Positions 31,229 to 40,052 of a stretch of 64,000 bases of DNA are shown here, in pieces. The notes below the pieces were generated by a model. That model searched no databases. It was not told the origin of the DNA and saw nothing but the letters and a program-made list of their open reading frames with translations. The DNA lies in IMG/VR virus record IMGVR_UViG_3300045988_087758. One strand, given 5' to 3'. The stretch's first letter is position 1; each line of letters starts with the position of its first letter. The stretch is from a virus. The translations under genes and the position numbers were made by a program.

Positions 31229-31762
31229 TTATTTCTGTTCATCCTTACAACTATTCCACTCTGACACATAAATCGTTCCTAGCGTCATATTTGCGTCATC
31301 GTAGCTAATGATTTTAACATCATTATCCTCTCCGTACTCTATGAGGTCACATTTTCCTTTGCATTCGATGCGAATTTCACTCTTTCCGCACACATAAATG
31401 CGAGTAACCATATTCTCTGGAACTTCAATCTCCAAATCCTTGCAGTACGCGACAAGAATAATCGTAGAGCGCGCCTTGATAACTCCATGAGCACCTATAT
31501 ACATTTCGCTAGTATATCCATGTTCATTACATTGGTAGAATCCATTAGCAAACTCACCAAACTCTTTCAAAATGTACTCTTTTGACAATCCCCATCCGAA
31601 AGCAATAGAATCAGCCATAAACTCAATTCCGTTAGAATCAAGAGCTATATTTACCAATTCTCGCTTACTCGCGGCAGAATCCCATTTCCCTTTATACTCT
31701 CCGCACAATCCCAGTCTCAGAGCATTGCGCTTCAATGTCAATAATTCATTGCTATTCCCCAT
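31229..31762 (-). CDS. hypothetical protein
   Basis: 177-aa ORF, last gene of the leftward 38.7-31.2 kb operon. Confidence 0.5.
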   Translation of the reverse strand: MGNSNELLTLKRNALRLGLCGEYKGKWDSAASKRELVNIALDSNGIEFMADSIAFGWGLSKEYILKEFGEFANGFYQCNEHGYTSEMYIGAHGVIKARSTIILVAYCKDLEIEVPENMVTRIYVCGKSEIRIECKGKCDLIEYGEDNDVKIISYDDANMTLGTIYVSEWNSCKDEQK

Positions 31763-32102
31763 ACCATTCTCTCAATCTATCGTTAATTAAAGTGTTCACA
31801 TACGCATAGGTTTTGTCGTAACCGACAAGTTCGTGACACTTGCGGACACATCGCATAGCAGATTTCTCATTGATGTCCGCGCGCTGTGCAATAACGGCAT
31901 AGGAAAAGCCATACCGATTGTGTAGAACGTCAAGAACAAAGTTCCTTGCTACCGCTCTCGCAAAAGGAATGTTAGTATTGCCGACATATAAATCATCTGC
32001 ATTGACTCCTTCTTTCTCCTCAATACTCATAGCCGTGTTCACTTGTTCGCAAACCATCCGTTCTACCTTATCCATCGTATCATTACCTAAGTATAATATC
32101 AT
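31752..32102 (-). CDS. hypothetical protein with HTH-like segment
   Basis: 116-aa ORF. YGFSYAVIAQRADINEKSAMRCVRKCHEL resembles a sigma region-4/HTH segment. Confidence 0.35.
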   Translation of the reverse strand: MILYLGNDTMDKVERMVCEQVNTAMSIEEKEGVNADDLYVGNTNIPFARAVARNFVLDVLHNRYGFSYAVIAQRADINEKSAMRCVRKCHELVGYDKTYAYVNTLINDRLREWYGE

Positions 32103-32107
32103 AGCCG

Positions 32108-32440
32108 TTAAATCTTATTTTTATCTTTATAAACGTAACCTACCGTATCACAAGGGTATTTATCATCTGGTGACAATACACCTGCATCTTCCATCTTTTG
32201 TCTGAAATCCACAGAAACCATGGGAACTAACTTGTGAAGTCTTGAGCCATCGGCGGCAGCCCAAATCGGCTTTAGATACTGAACAGGATTCTTAACCTTT
32301 ACACCATCCCATTTGATTCCGTTCTGAATGAATGGTATAAAGATACCGTCTCGCTTCACTCCGTTAGCATCACACATCCTTACAATCCTATAATCTCGGA
32401 ATAGTCCGTATTTCAGTTCTATATACCATTCATTATACAT
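32108..32440 (-). CDS. hypothetical protein
   Basis: 110-aa ORF, packed and co-oriented. Confidence 0.45.
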   Translation of the reverse strand: MYNEWYIELKYGLFRDYRIVRMCDANGVKRDGIFIPFIQNGIKWDGVKVKNPVQYLKPIWAAADGSRLHKLVPMVSVDFRQKMEDAGVLSPDDKYPCDTVGYVYKDKNKI

Positions 32441-32443
32441 AAG

Positions 32444-33019
32444 CTATTCCTTTCCTTGATTAAGAGCCTCGGCTGCTTGCTCTGCCAATATTGCTTGCTG
32501 ACCGTGCTCAAAGTTCTTCTTCAAGTCTTCCTCTGTCTCTTCGGAAACTGGAGTATTCATTACAGTTTCCAACTCTTTTTGCATACGACCGAGGTAATCC
32601 ATCTTGTTCTTTGCGAACTTTGCAGCATCATCTGCATCAGTGAACGCTGTAATCGGATGAGTAATGTTGGCTTCTGTGATGATAACCATGCTATCAAGCA
32701 TATCTTGATAAGTAACATCAGTCTCAGGGAAAATATCATTTTCTTTTCCCTTTACTTCGTTCTTCATCGCGACAAGATTTTCAAGCCACGCGAATGTTGT
32801 AGTGGTAAGCGCGTGCCCTTCCATATCAACACCGCCCCAACGCTTAAAACGTGCTTCATATCCAATATGTGTGTGGAAAATAGCACTATTCTTCAAAATG
32901 ACAACAAAGAAATGTCCGAAGTCAGTAACGCTTTCAACATCCTTCTTGTTGATTCCGTCAACAACTTTAAGCAAACCTGCATTGTTGTCAACAGTCTTCT
33001 TTTTTGCAATTCTAGCCAT
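32444..33019 (-). CDS. hypothetical protein
   Basis: 191-aa ORF, packed and co-oriented. Confidence 0.45.
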   Translation of the reverse strand: MARIAKKKTVDNNAGLLKVVDGINKKDVESVTDFGHFFVVILKNSAIFHTHIGYEARFKRWGGVDMEGHALTTTTFAWLENLVAMKNEVKGKENDIFPETDVTYQDMLDSMVIITEANITHPITAFTDADDAAKFAKNKMDYLGRMQKELETVMNTPVSEETEEDLKKNFEHGQQAILAEQAAEALNQGKE

Positions 33020-33027
33020 AACTATAT

Positions 33028-33297
33028 TTATTTTTGTTCTACAATCGTTTTGTACTCAAAACCGATGCAAGATGGATTCTCCTCAGAAGTAAACCTAATC
33101 TCATTAGGGTCATTACAAACTCCATTTTTGAAGAAGAAACAATCCTTGCACGTATATGTCATCGGAATAATGTCTCCGCAAGCATCATCGTCAGGATTTG
33201 CGTATGTATAAAAGTCTTTGCCCATACAATATGGAAACTCAGAATCTTCGTCATTAAACAATACGCAATCCTTGCAAGTGTAATCAGTCTGTTCCAT
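33028..33297 (-). CDS. Cys-rich small protein (putative metal-binding)
   Basis: 89-aa ORF with a duplicated TCKDC...F..(D/G) pattern (CKDCVLFNDED / CKDCFFFKNG). Confidence 0.4.
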   Translation of the reverse strand: MEQTDYTCKDCVLFNDEDSEFPYCMGKDFYTYANPDDDACGDIIPMTYTCKDCFFFKNGVCNDPNEIRFTSEENPSCIGFEYKTIVEQK

Positions 33298-33802
33298 GCT
33301 CCAGTAATTTTATTTCGTCTTGGATGTAAAACGCAGCCTTTTTCAGATCCTCCACACGCTTCTCTATCATGGTCTTATTTCCATCCACCTTGTCCTTGCG
33401 CAACAAGTATTTGATTGCATTGCCCACGTTGAAGTCTAAGTGTCTGCAAATATCCAAAGGCTCGACACCGCACAAATCCTTCAACCACGCATAATGGGAT
33501 GGATGAGAAACTTGCTCTAACTTCTCGTTTTTAGTATTGATTGGCAATTCTTTAAAAGTCGAGAAAATAGAATATATCGCCAGTTCAACTATATCCACAA
33601 AAACTGCTGCTAAATCGGGTTTGAAGAATGGTACGATTTTACATTTTTTATCCGTTATATCGATAACCTTAACATGTTGAATCCTATGAATAGAACCTAA
33701 TGGGTCTATTTTATCAGAAAACAATGAGTCTGCAATCTTTATCAAATTACCCTTCGAAATCTGCAAGACTGACCCAACCTTAATATCTTCTTTTTTAATC
33801 AT
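33284..33802 (-). CDS. DUF3310-like phage protein
   Basis: 172-aa ORF. SHPSHYAWL...VEPLDICRHLDFNVGNAIKYLLRKDKVDG...DLKKAAFYIQ matches my memory of the DUF3310 signature. Confidence 0.55.
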   Translation of the reverse strand: MIKKEDIKVGSVLQISKGNLIKIADSLFSDKIDPLGSIHRIQHVKVIDITDKKCKIVPFFKPDLAAVFVDIVELAIYSIFSTFKELPINTKNEKLEQVSHPSHYAWLKDLCGVEPLDICRHLDFNVGNAIKYLLRKDKVDGNKTMIEKRVEDLKKAAFYIQDEIKLLEHGTD

Positions 33803-33810
33803 AATCTATT

Positions 33811-34179
33811 CTATTTAAGAAATTCTTCAAATATTCTATTCCTATAATCAGAGACTTCTTTTGACGGATTCTCTAAAGAGTGAAAATGAACAAGGTTCTG
33901 AGCTAACGAACGGAAACCGTATGAACCATTAAAGAACAACATTGGCTGATACATTTCCCAATCATGCATCCATTCTCCTATTTCTTTCTTAGAAGCTGAA
34001 AGATGAACTGTCAAATCTCGCATACACCATTTCTCTGTAATCTCAACACCATCATCAATAGCTTTTCGCATATCGTTAGCCTCTTTAATCCAACCTTCTT
34101 GGTAACCTTTACCATCTCTATACTCGTTAGGGATAAAAGCCATCAGCTTTTCAAGGTCTTCCTTTAGTTCTTTCTTCAT
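33811..34179 (-). CDS. hypothetical protein
   Basis: 122-aa ORF, packed and co-oriented. Confidence 0.45.
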   Translation of the reverse strand: MKKELKEDLEKLMAFIPNEYRDGKGYQEGWIKEANDMRKAIDDGVEITEKWCMRDLTVHLSASKKEIGEWMHDWEMYQPMLFFNGSYGFRSLAQNLVHFHSLENPSKEVSDYRNRIFEEFLK

Positions 34180-34197
34180 ACGCTATTAATTTTTAAA

Positions 34198-34566
34198 TTA
34201 TAAACACTCTTTCCATCTTTTATAAGCAACATCTTCACTCAAAGCCATAGCATCTTTAAATGATATTTTTTTATCAACGCTAAAAAGATACACGTTGTAA
34301 CGACCTTGCTCATCCAAGTCTCTCTTTAGATAATGCTCGTAGCCTATTCTTGCGGCTTCTACGGCATTTTCAGCCTGAAAGTAAAACGCATCATATTCTT
34401 CGTAGAAAGAAGAAGAGGTGTAAACGCTATACATAATACCTCTTGAACATAATTCGTTATATTTCACAGTTGGACTAATTTCGCTCACACTAATACCAGT
34501 AATCGTATCTACCTTGTCGCTACTTACCCATCCGTTCTTTTCAACCTTACAACAATAATTTCTCAT
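34198..34566 (-). CDS. hypothetical protein
   Basis: 122-aa ORF, packed and co-oriented. Confidence 0.45.
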   Translation of the reverse strand: MRNYCCKVEKNGWVSSDKVDTITGISVSEISPTVKYNELCSRGIMYSVYTSSSFYEEYDAFYFQAENAVEAARIGYEHYLKRDLDEQGRYNVYLFSVDKKISFKDAMALSEDVAYKRWKECL

Positions 34567-34569
34567 AAG

Positions 34570-34962
34570 CTATTCCTCCTCATCTTTTAGTTCAACGAAA
34601 TCGCCAATACCCAAACGAGCATTGTTGATGCAAGACGCAATCCAACCCATCAAGTAGGCAGAAGGCTCGCCGCCGTGTTCCAAGTCAGTATATTCCTCGA
34701 TGGCATCGCAGACGTGAGAAGCTTCATGGCAGCAGTATTTCATCGACATAACCTTCTGGCACGGAAACGAGACAAGAACGCCACGTCTTCTGTCGCTCTT
34801 CCTGACAGCATCGGAATACGTAACGCCGCCGTAATCAATATCGGGAGCATTGCACTTGTCAAAACAGGAGTCTATCAGTTCTTTCAGGTCTTTACCGATG
34901 TGTACCCAAAGTTTCAAAGGGTAGATTCCGTTTTCGTATTCGTAATATCCTTTTTTCTTCAT
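34570..34962 (-). CDS. small HExxH-motif protein (possible zinc metallopeptidase-like)
   Basis: 130-aa ORF containing CCHEASHVCDAIEEY (HEASH = HExxH). Confidence 0.35.
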   Translation of the reverse strand: MKKKGYYEYENGIYPLKLWVHIGKDLKELIDSCFDKCNAPDIDYGGVTYSDAVRKSDRRRGVLVSFPCQKVMSMKYCCHEASHVCDAIEEYTDLEHGGEPSAYLMGWIASCINNARLGIGDFVELKDEEE

Positions 34963-34991
34963 ATTCTCAACTATTTCTTGTTATAAACATA

Positions 34992-36161
34992 TCATGCGAC
35001 AAATTTCCTAAAGTCGTAGTTTAAAAAACCGTCATAGACACGTTTGGTTATTAAACCATTTTTATAATATTCTAATGCGACTGAAGCTATATCTTCTCTT
35101 TTGATTTTATTATAGATGTCAATAGCCTCATCTATAGAGCGTATCTTGCCAATCCTGATTCTTTTCCCCTTATGCAAGCAAACTCTAACCGCATACGAAC
35201 GGAATTCCTTTCTTATCCCTCTAGGAAATCCGTCTTTGCCAAGTTTCTTTGAGCAAAGCAGAACGTTTAGGTTATGCGGTATAAAACAGCATGTATCTGG
35301 AGAATACATCTTACGACCATTATCGGACAATAAGTCTTTATCTAAATCGTACCTTTCTACATAATTCGCATCAAACCACTTCTTAAACACAGAAAACCTT
35401 TTCCATTCTTCGCACATAGTCACATTTTTATAGGTTGGATGCTGTGCTTTGTATTCTTGGTCGAAGCACTTTTCAAGTATCATTTGCCAATGGTTATAAG
35501 CCTTATGGCATTTTGTTGCTGGAGTAATCTCGTCATTGATTCCAATTCCGAACACCAAATCATTCTTTTGTAGTCTTGCGCAAACTGGACACCCCTCCCA
35601 TGTCATGTGATTTGCAGGAGATTGCCAAAAGTCTCCATGTTTCTTACATGTTATACAAACCTTCGTTTTATTATCAACGTAATCTGTTTTACCGTAAGAG
35701 TATTTGTCTCCCCATTTTTGACGAGACCGCTCGATAAACTGCTCTTTTGTAAACCTCCTTGTGTTTCCGCGAAACTCGTCACCACATTTCTTACATCCGC
35801 ACCCATTTAGATGACTATTTGGCGTTTGCCAAAATTCTCCGTGCGTAGGACAAATAATGCAAACTTTTGTTAGCGCATTTTTGTACTCAGCTTTCGAATA
35901 ATCATATTTATCTCCATGCTTTTTGCGAGCATCTTCGACAAATTGCTTGATACTCTTCTTTTGTTTACTTGAAGAGGCTTCTTTTGCGCATTCTGGGCAT
36001 CCATGTCCACTAAGAAAGTTTTTTCTTACAGGATACCAGTCTCCGTGTTCTTTACAGGTTACACAGATTTTGTCAAGATGTCCTCTTAGTATTGTTCTTT
36101 CGTAACAATACTTGTCTCCGTATATCGCATGAGCCTTTTTAAGAAATTCTTCTTTTGTCAT
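34992..36161 (-). CDS. free-standing homing-endonuclease-like protein (triple zinc-ribbon repeats + AP2-like DNA-binding domain)
   Basis: 389-aa ORF. Three ~45-aa repeats (K[YC]xY...K[IV]C[IV]xC..HG[DE][FW][WY]......H..G.GCP.C). The central YKNVTMCEEWKRF...DLDKDLL...YSPDTCCFIPHNLN segment and the C-terminal GFPRGIRKEFRSYAVRVCLHKGKRIRIGKIRSIDEAI resemble phage HNH/AP2 endonucleases. Confidence 0.55.
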   Translation of the reverse strand: MTKEEFLKKAHAIYGDKYCYERTILRGHLDKICVTCKEHGDWYPVRKNFLSGHGCPECAKEASSSKQKKSIKQFVEDARKKHGDKYDYSKAEYKNALTKVCIICPTHGEFWQTPNSHLNGCGCKKCGDEFRGNTRRFTKEQFIERSRQKWGDKYSYGKTDYVDNKTKVCITCKKHGDFWQSPANHMTWEGCPVCARLQKNDLVFGIGINDEITPATKCHKAYNHWQMILEKCFDQEYKAQHPTYKNVTMCEEWKRFSVFKKWFDANYVERYDLDKDLLSDNGRKMYSPDTCCFIPHNLNVLLCSKKLGKDGFPRGIRKEFRSYAVRVCLHKGKRIRIGKIRSIDEAIDIYNKIKREDIASVALEYYKNGLITKRVYDGFLNYDFRKFVA

Positions 36162-36382
36162 TTTTTATGATGTATTGAAATATGAAACTTGTTACATATA
36201 GAACACCTGTAAACTACAGGGTCTTTTGCCTTTAACCTCGGAATCTGATTCAGAAACTCCCAAGCATCATCCTCAGTCTCGTATGCGACCTTCGCCTTCC
36301 AAGAATGAACTTTTTTAGTCCAATGTTCGGGGTCTGGTTTGAACGGCGGCACTTTATTAGGATTATGATGATTCTTTCTCAT
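36158..36382 (-). CDS. hypothetical small protein
   Basis: 74-aa ORF with overlapping start/stop codons onto its neighbours. Confidence 0.4.
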   Translation of the reverse strand: MRKNHHNPNKVPPFKPDPEHWTKKVHSWKAKVAYETEDDAWEFLNQIPRLKAKDPVVYRCSICNKFHISIHHKK

Positions 36383-36687
36383 AGCTCAATGATATTAATG
36401 CAACTATCATCAACTGTGACATAGCAACCAAGCGTCTCGCGTCTGTAGCCACCGAAATCAATAAGTATCTCAGAATCTTCGCTTGCGCAAATGAACTCTT
36501 TGTTGGCAATCAATTCATCCTTCGTGATGGTTTTCTTGACCTCACTAAAATAAATTCTTCCAACCATAGGTGCATTGATAATGCCGCCGATTTTTACAAC
36601 ATCATCATCTGATGTTATATATATGATAGGCAAACTACCGTCTGCTTTCTTAAATTCCGTATTATTTAAAAGCTCTGCTTTGTTCAT
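36379..36687 (-). CDS. hypothetical protein
   Basis: 102-aa ORF, packed and co-oriented. Confidence 0.4.
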   Translation of the reverse strand: MNKAELLNNTEFKKADGSLPIIYITSDDDVVKIGGIINAPMVGRIYFSEVKKTITKDELIANKEFICASEDSEILIDFGGYRRETLGCYVTVDDSCINIIEL

Positions 36688-36693
36688 AATTAG

Positions 36694-37701
36694 TTACTTT
36701 TTAGTTGATGATGGTTTGCGACCACGTTTCTTTGTTGTATCGCGCTTGCTAGATGTATAATCCAATGCTGATTTCTTCGGTCTGCCTGGTTTTCGCTTTA
36801 CTGGAACTGGCTCTTGATAAGGTAACTGCAATGTTTCGCATTCCTCATCTTCTCCAAATTCGTTCTCGAACTCTCTTCCGTCACGCTTCTCTGCATCGGC
36901 ATCATAGGCACGCTTCCACTTGCGCTTGGCAACCTTCAACTGCTCTTTCTTGAATGCTTCTGATTCCTCATGAAGCTTATCGTAGTCTATCTCAGGTGCA
37001 TCAAACTCACCTTCAATACTGCATTCGGGAGTTTTTTCAACGTCCTTTGATTCCATTTCCTGATGAATGCGGTCTTCCTCTGAAATGTACGGCTCATCGT
37101 CAACTTTCTGCTTATGACTGGCATTATACTCGTCAATGAACTCTTTTATTTCTTTCTTTGAACATCCATCTTTCCTCATTTCAGCCAACTCAAACTCGAA
37201 CTTCTGACGTTCAATGTCCTCAAATCTCGTTCCGTCCAAATCGCTTCCCTCATTGAGTACGTTGATTTTCTTGTTTTCCTCATCAGCTCTCATCTGTTTG
37301 GCAATGGCAATCTCCAATAATGCGTGATTAACGTCAGATTCCGTCATTTCATCGACCTCATAAGCCATAGGGTCTTCGCCAAGCTCGTTTTTCAGAAAAT
37401 TCTTCTTTGCTTCGATGCATCCGCTCGGCAAAAACTGAGCCTCATCAAGATACATATAAGGATGAATGCTCTTGATAGACATGATAGGACTCGGTGTGCC
37501 GAAGTCTTGCAAAAGCTTCATGTATTTGTCCGCATTCTGCTGATAAATACAGTAGCATTCCTCCAAATTGCGCTTCTGAACAAGCACAACTGCCATTATC
37601 CAGAATGGGTCTTTACCATCCGTGTAGCGTTTCGACAATCCCTTCGTCTGCAACGATGCCGCTTCCAACGCCCTATCAAGTGATTCTTCCTTTATTCGCA
37701 T
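36694..37701 (-). CDS. acidic protein with basic AT-hook-like C-terminus
   Basis: 335-aa ORF. Long Glu/Asp-rich middle region. C-terminal KRKPGRPKKSALDYTSSKRDTTKKRGRKPSSTKK. Confidence 0.45.
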   Translation of the reverse strand: MRIKEESLDRALEAASLQTKGLSKRYTDGKDPFWIMAVVLVQKRNLEECYCIYQQNADKYMKLLQDFGTPSPIMSIKSIHPYMYLDEAQFLPSGCIEAKKNFLKNELGEDPMAYEVDEMTESDVNHALLEIAIAKQMRADEENKKINVLNEGSDLDGTRFEDIERQKFEFELAEMRKDGCSKKEIKEFIDEYNASHKQKVDDEPYISEEDRIHQEMESKDVEKTPECSIEGEFDAPEIDYDKLHEESEAFKKEQLKVAKRKWKRAYDADAEKRDGREFENEFGEDEECETLQLPYQEPVPVKRKPGRPKKSALDYTSSKRDTTKKRGRKPSSTKK

Positions 37702-37722
37702 ATATTCTCAACTTTTAAATGA

Positions 37723-38043
37723 TTACAACTTCTCGGAAGAACCATCGCTAATGGTATCGTCTTTCCTCAACTCCCATTCATCGGCAGTCATAATCTCCCA
37801 ATGACCGCAAACGTCTTGCGCCAATACAGAACCGCGCTTCACCTGCTTGTGAGCACCTGCCATATTGACGGCAGTAACGCTATAAAGCATATCGGTAACG
37901 TCCAAACCATCATCGACCGCATCTGTTGCTTTCTTGATGTCTGTAACGATAGGGCAGTCGAACAATGCCTTGATGTTTTCGCCCTTGACCTCAATTGATG
38001 TCTTGTATTTGTTCATAATTCGCATATATTTTAAAGCATCCAC
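37723..38043 (-). CDS. hypothetical protein (start uncertain: GTG 38043 or ATG 38025)
   Basis: 106-aa ORF as listed in the track. The first 6 codons overlap the structured element at 38041-38128. Confidence 0.4.
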   Translation of the reverse strand: MDALKYMRIMNKYKTSIEVKGENIKALFDCPIVTDIKKATDAVDDGLDVTDMLYSVTAVNMAGAHKQVKRGSVLAQDVCGHWEIMTADEWELRKDDTISDGSSEKL

Positions 38044-38128
38044 CGACCGTAGAAGGAACTCGAACCTTCTGTTTGCCTAGACTTGTATCTAAGAGACACG
38101 TCCTACCGCCTTGCGGATGCTGTTGTTT
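38041..38128 (-). ncRNA. structured intergenic element with a tRNA T-arm-like hairpin (not a canonical tRNA)
   Basis: The minus strand reads ...gcatccgcaaggcggtagg...cagaaggttcgagttccttctacggtcggtggatgc. It has a GGTTCGAGTTCC T-arm-like hairpin with an 8-nt loop, and gcatccgc/gtggatgc plus ggcggta/tacggtc long-range pairings. I found no D-arm or 7-nt anticodon loop. Confidence 0.25.
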
Positions 38129-38683
38129 CTATTTTCCTCCATTCTTCAACCAATCTTCAATCGTGGTACTGTCACCATCAAACGACTGACCGAAGACGTT
38201 TACCAACTTGACCGAACAGAGCAGATACGGAATGTTCTTGATGTTATCCGTTGATGGCTCTGTAGCATCCTGTACCAAAAACAACGCTTTCTTCTGTCTG
38301 TAATCGTCATACCAGAGAATCAGCGCACCCTCCAAGTAAGCATACAGACTATCCCATGCTTTCTCGGCAGCTTTTATCTGCTCAGTAACGGAAAGCTCGG
38401 TTGTTCCGTCAACATCATACCCGAACACGCAGACTGACAACGTAGCGTTGGTGCTCTCATGTCTAGCATTCGGGTCAACGAATACTCTCAACGCGTCAAT
38501 CTCAGGATAGCTCTCGGTATATACGCCCTTCTGCTTACCCTTGGAGTTCAATCCGTCCAATGACTTGTAGCGGACAGAACCGCCGCCGAAATCATCCTCC
38601 AGACTCTTGCGCAATCCGTCTGCCTTCCAAGCTCCCTGCTCGGACTTCAAGTAACGCTGTATGTAGAATTTCTTTTCTGCCAT
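38129..38683 (-). CDS. hypothetical protein, first gene of leftward operon
   Basis: 184-aa ORF. Weak resemblance to distal-tail-type proteins, not relied on. Confidence 0.45.
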   Translation of the reverse strand: MAEKKFYIQRYLKSEQGAWKADGLRKSLEDDFGGGSVRYKSLDGLNSKGKQKGVYTESYPEIDALRVFVDPNARHESTNATLSVCVFGYDVDGTTELSVTEQIKAAEKAWDSLYAYLEGALILWYDDYRQKKALFLVQDATEPSTDNIKNIPYLLCSVKLVNVFGQSFDGDSTTIEDWLKNGGK

Positions 38684-38723
38684 ATTCCAAAGTCGGTAAT
38701 TTGTAAATCAAACATTTATGCTG

Positions 38724-38731
38724 CAAATATA
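38724..38731 (-). promoter_or_regulatory. -7 promoter box TAtaTTTG (leftward)
   Basis: The reverse complement of caaatata matches TAnnTTTG, about 40 nt upstream of the ATG at 38683. Confidence 0.5.
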
Positions 38732-39266
38732 CGCCAAAAAAATCAAGCCAAAATGAACTTTACATAGTTTAACAAATTGCAAATTTGTACCATTTTCCCC
38801 ATATCCCCAATTAAATATATGTTATCCGCATAAATCAGATTTTTCATATTGAAAATTTAACATTTAGAGAGTAGCTAACACTTCATACTCCTTTCTTTTC
38901 GGTTTTTCTTTATATCCTGAAAGGATATTTCTTTTTATCTTTTCTTTTCTAATTATGATTTTTCATTTTATTTATTATGCAAAAAATAAAAAAGTAATCC
39001 ACACATAGCAAAAACAAACACTAAAGCATAAAATAGCACTACTTTTCCGCAAAAACTAAAATGGCTAGAAATTTGCGTTTTAAGACGCTTAAAATAATCT
39101 GGCGATAAACTACACTACGAAGCTGCATAAAACGCTACCTGACGCACAGAAATAAGCAAAAGTATATGTTATGAAACTTTATGCAAAAAGAAAAGTAGAT
39201 ATGATGTTCTTAAAAATGCTCAAAATTCGGTAGAAAAGCTGAATTGATAAAATCAGAGTATTTTAC

Positions 39267-39296
39267 AAAAAAATAAAAAAATAAAAAAATAAAAAA
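39267..39296. repeat. phased A-tract (A7T)x3 + A6
   Basis: aaaaaaat aaaaaaat aaaaaaat aaaaaa with an 8-bp period. Confidence 0.8.
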
Positions 39297-39399
39297 TTTC
39301 GGACGAGAGCTGACCCACCCTGCGAGTGCCAAAAACGGGGGGGTGGGGTGTAAATTACCCTATATAGGTATAAACTACTGAAAATCAGCGTTTTATTTG

Positions 39400-39460
39400 C
39401 GACAAAAACGGACGTTTTCGGGCAAAAACGGCAAAAATGCGGCTTTTTCGTTTCCGTTTC
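39400..39460. repeat. cluster of CAAAAACGG / CGTTTTCG / CCGTTTC direct and inverted short repeats
   Basis: caaaaacgg occurs at 39403-39411 and 39423-39431. cgttttcg (39413-39420) and ccgtttc (39454-39460) are in inverted orientation. Confidence 0.6.
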
Positions 39461-39696
39461 TATTTTCTGTAAATTATCCAAAATAAGAGAAAACGCAAAG
39501 GAACTAAAAGTAAAAAGTCAGTACATTGTAGCAAAGGTGCTGAAAAAACCCGAAATTCCCGCAAAGTTTTCTATTTATCATAATATTATGCATAAACATA
39601 CATTTCAAACTTGCATAAACATTCAAAAACTTACATAATGTTTCACACACAAATTTTGTGAAACAAAAAGCGAGTGAAAACGAAAACAGAAAAAAG

Positions 39697-39766
39697 ACGG
39701 CTGCAAACGTACCAATAACTAAAGATAGTACTAACATACATATAGAACACGAAAACGGCTGCAAAC
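39697..39766. repeat. 12-nt perfect direct repeat acggctgcaaac x2
   Basis: Copies at 39697-39708 and 39755-39766. The first continues as caaacgta, which is TAcgTTTG on the minus strand (promoter-like). Confidence 0.7.
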
Positions 39767-39838
39767 ATCAAATAAAAGCGTTTTAGGCGTTTTCCCTATA
39801 TATAAGGTACGCGCACACTCATACATATAAGATAGGGC

Positions 39839-39869
39839 TGCAAAGGTGGTTTTCGTGGTGCAAAGGTGG
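39839..39869. repeat. tgcaaaggtgg x2 spaced 20 bp
   Basis: Copies at 39839-39849 and 39859-39869. A related ccaaaggtgg lies at 40144-40153. Confidence 0.7.
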
Positions 39870-40044
39870 CAAAGATACCCCGAACTACCTAAAACCATAT
39901 AATAACCCCTATTTAACCCCATATTTTGCAAAGTAGAGATTACAATTTATGTAAAGATTTAAGAAAATGCAATTATTTTCAAGAAAAAAGCGAGAAAAAA
40001 GTGATTTTTTGCTATAAAAATTTTGTGGGTACAGAAAAAAGCCG

Positions 40045-40052
40045 TACCTTTG
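40045..40052 (+). promoter_or_regulatory. -7 promoter box TAccTTTG (rightward)
   Basis: gccgTAccTTTGcatcgc. The next ORF starts about 500 nt downstream, implying a long leader or an ncRNA. Confidence 0.45.

Noticed and set aside
32456-33211. 251-aa plus-strand ORF (and 32802..33092)
   Set aside because: It lies antisense to three tightly packed minus-strand genes. Its Leu/Ser/Cys/Phe-rich composition is typical of a shadow frame.
39267-39460. CRISPR-like array
   Set aside because: The repeats are 8-12 nt A-tracts or iteron-like units with no regular 25-40-nt repeat/spacer structure. No CRISPR array was seen anywhere in the window.
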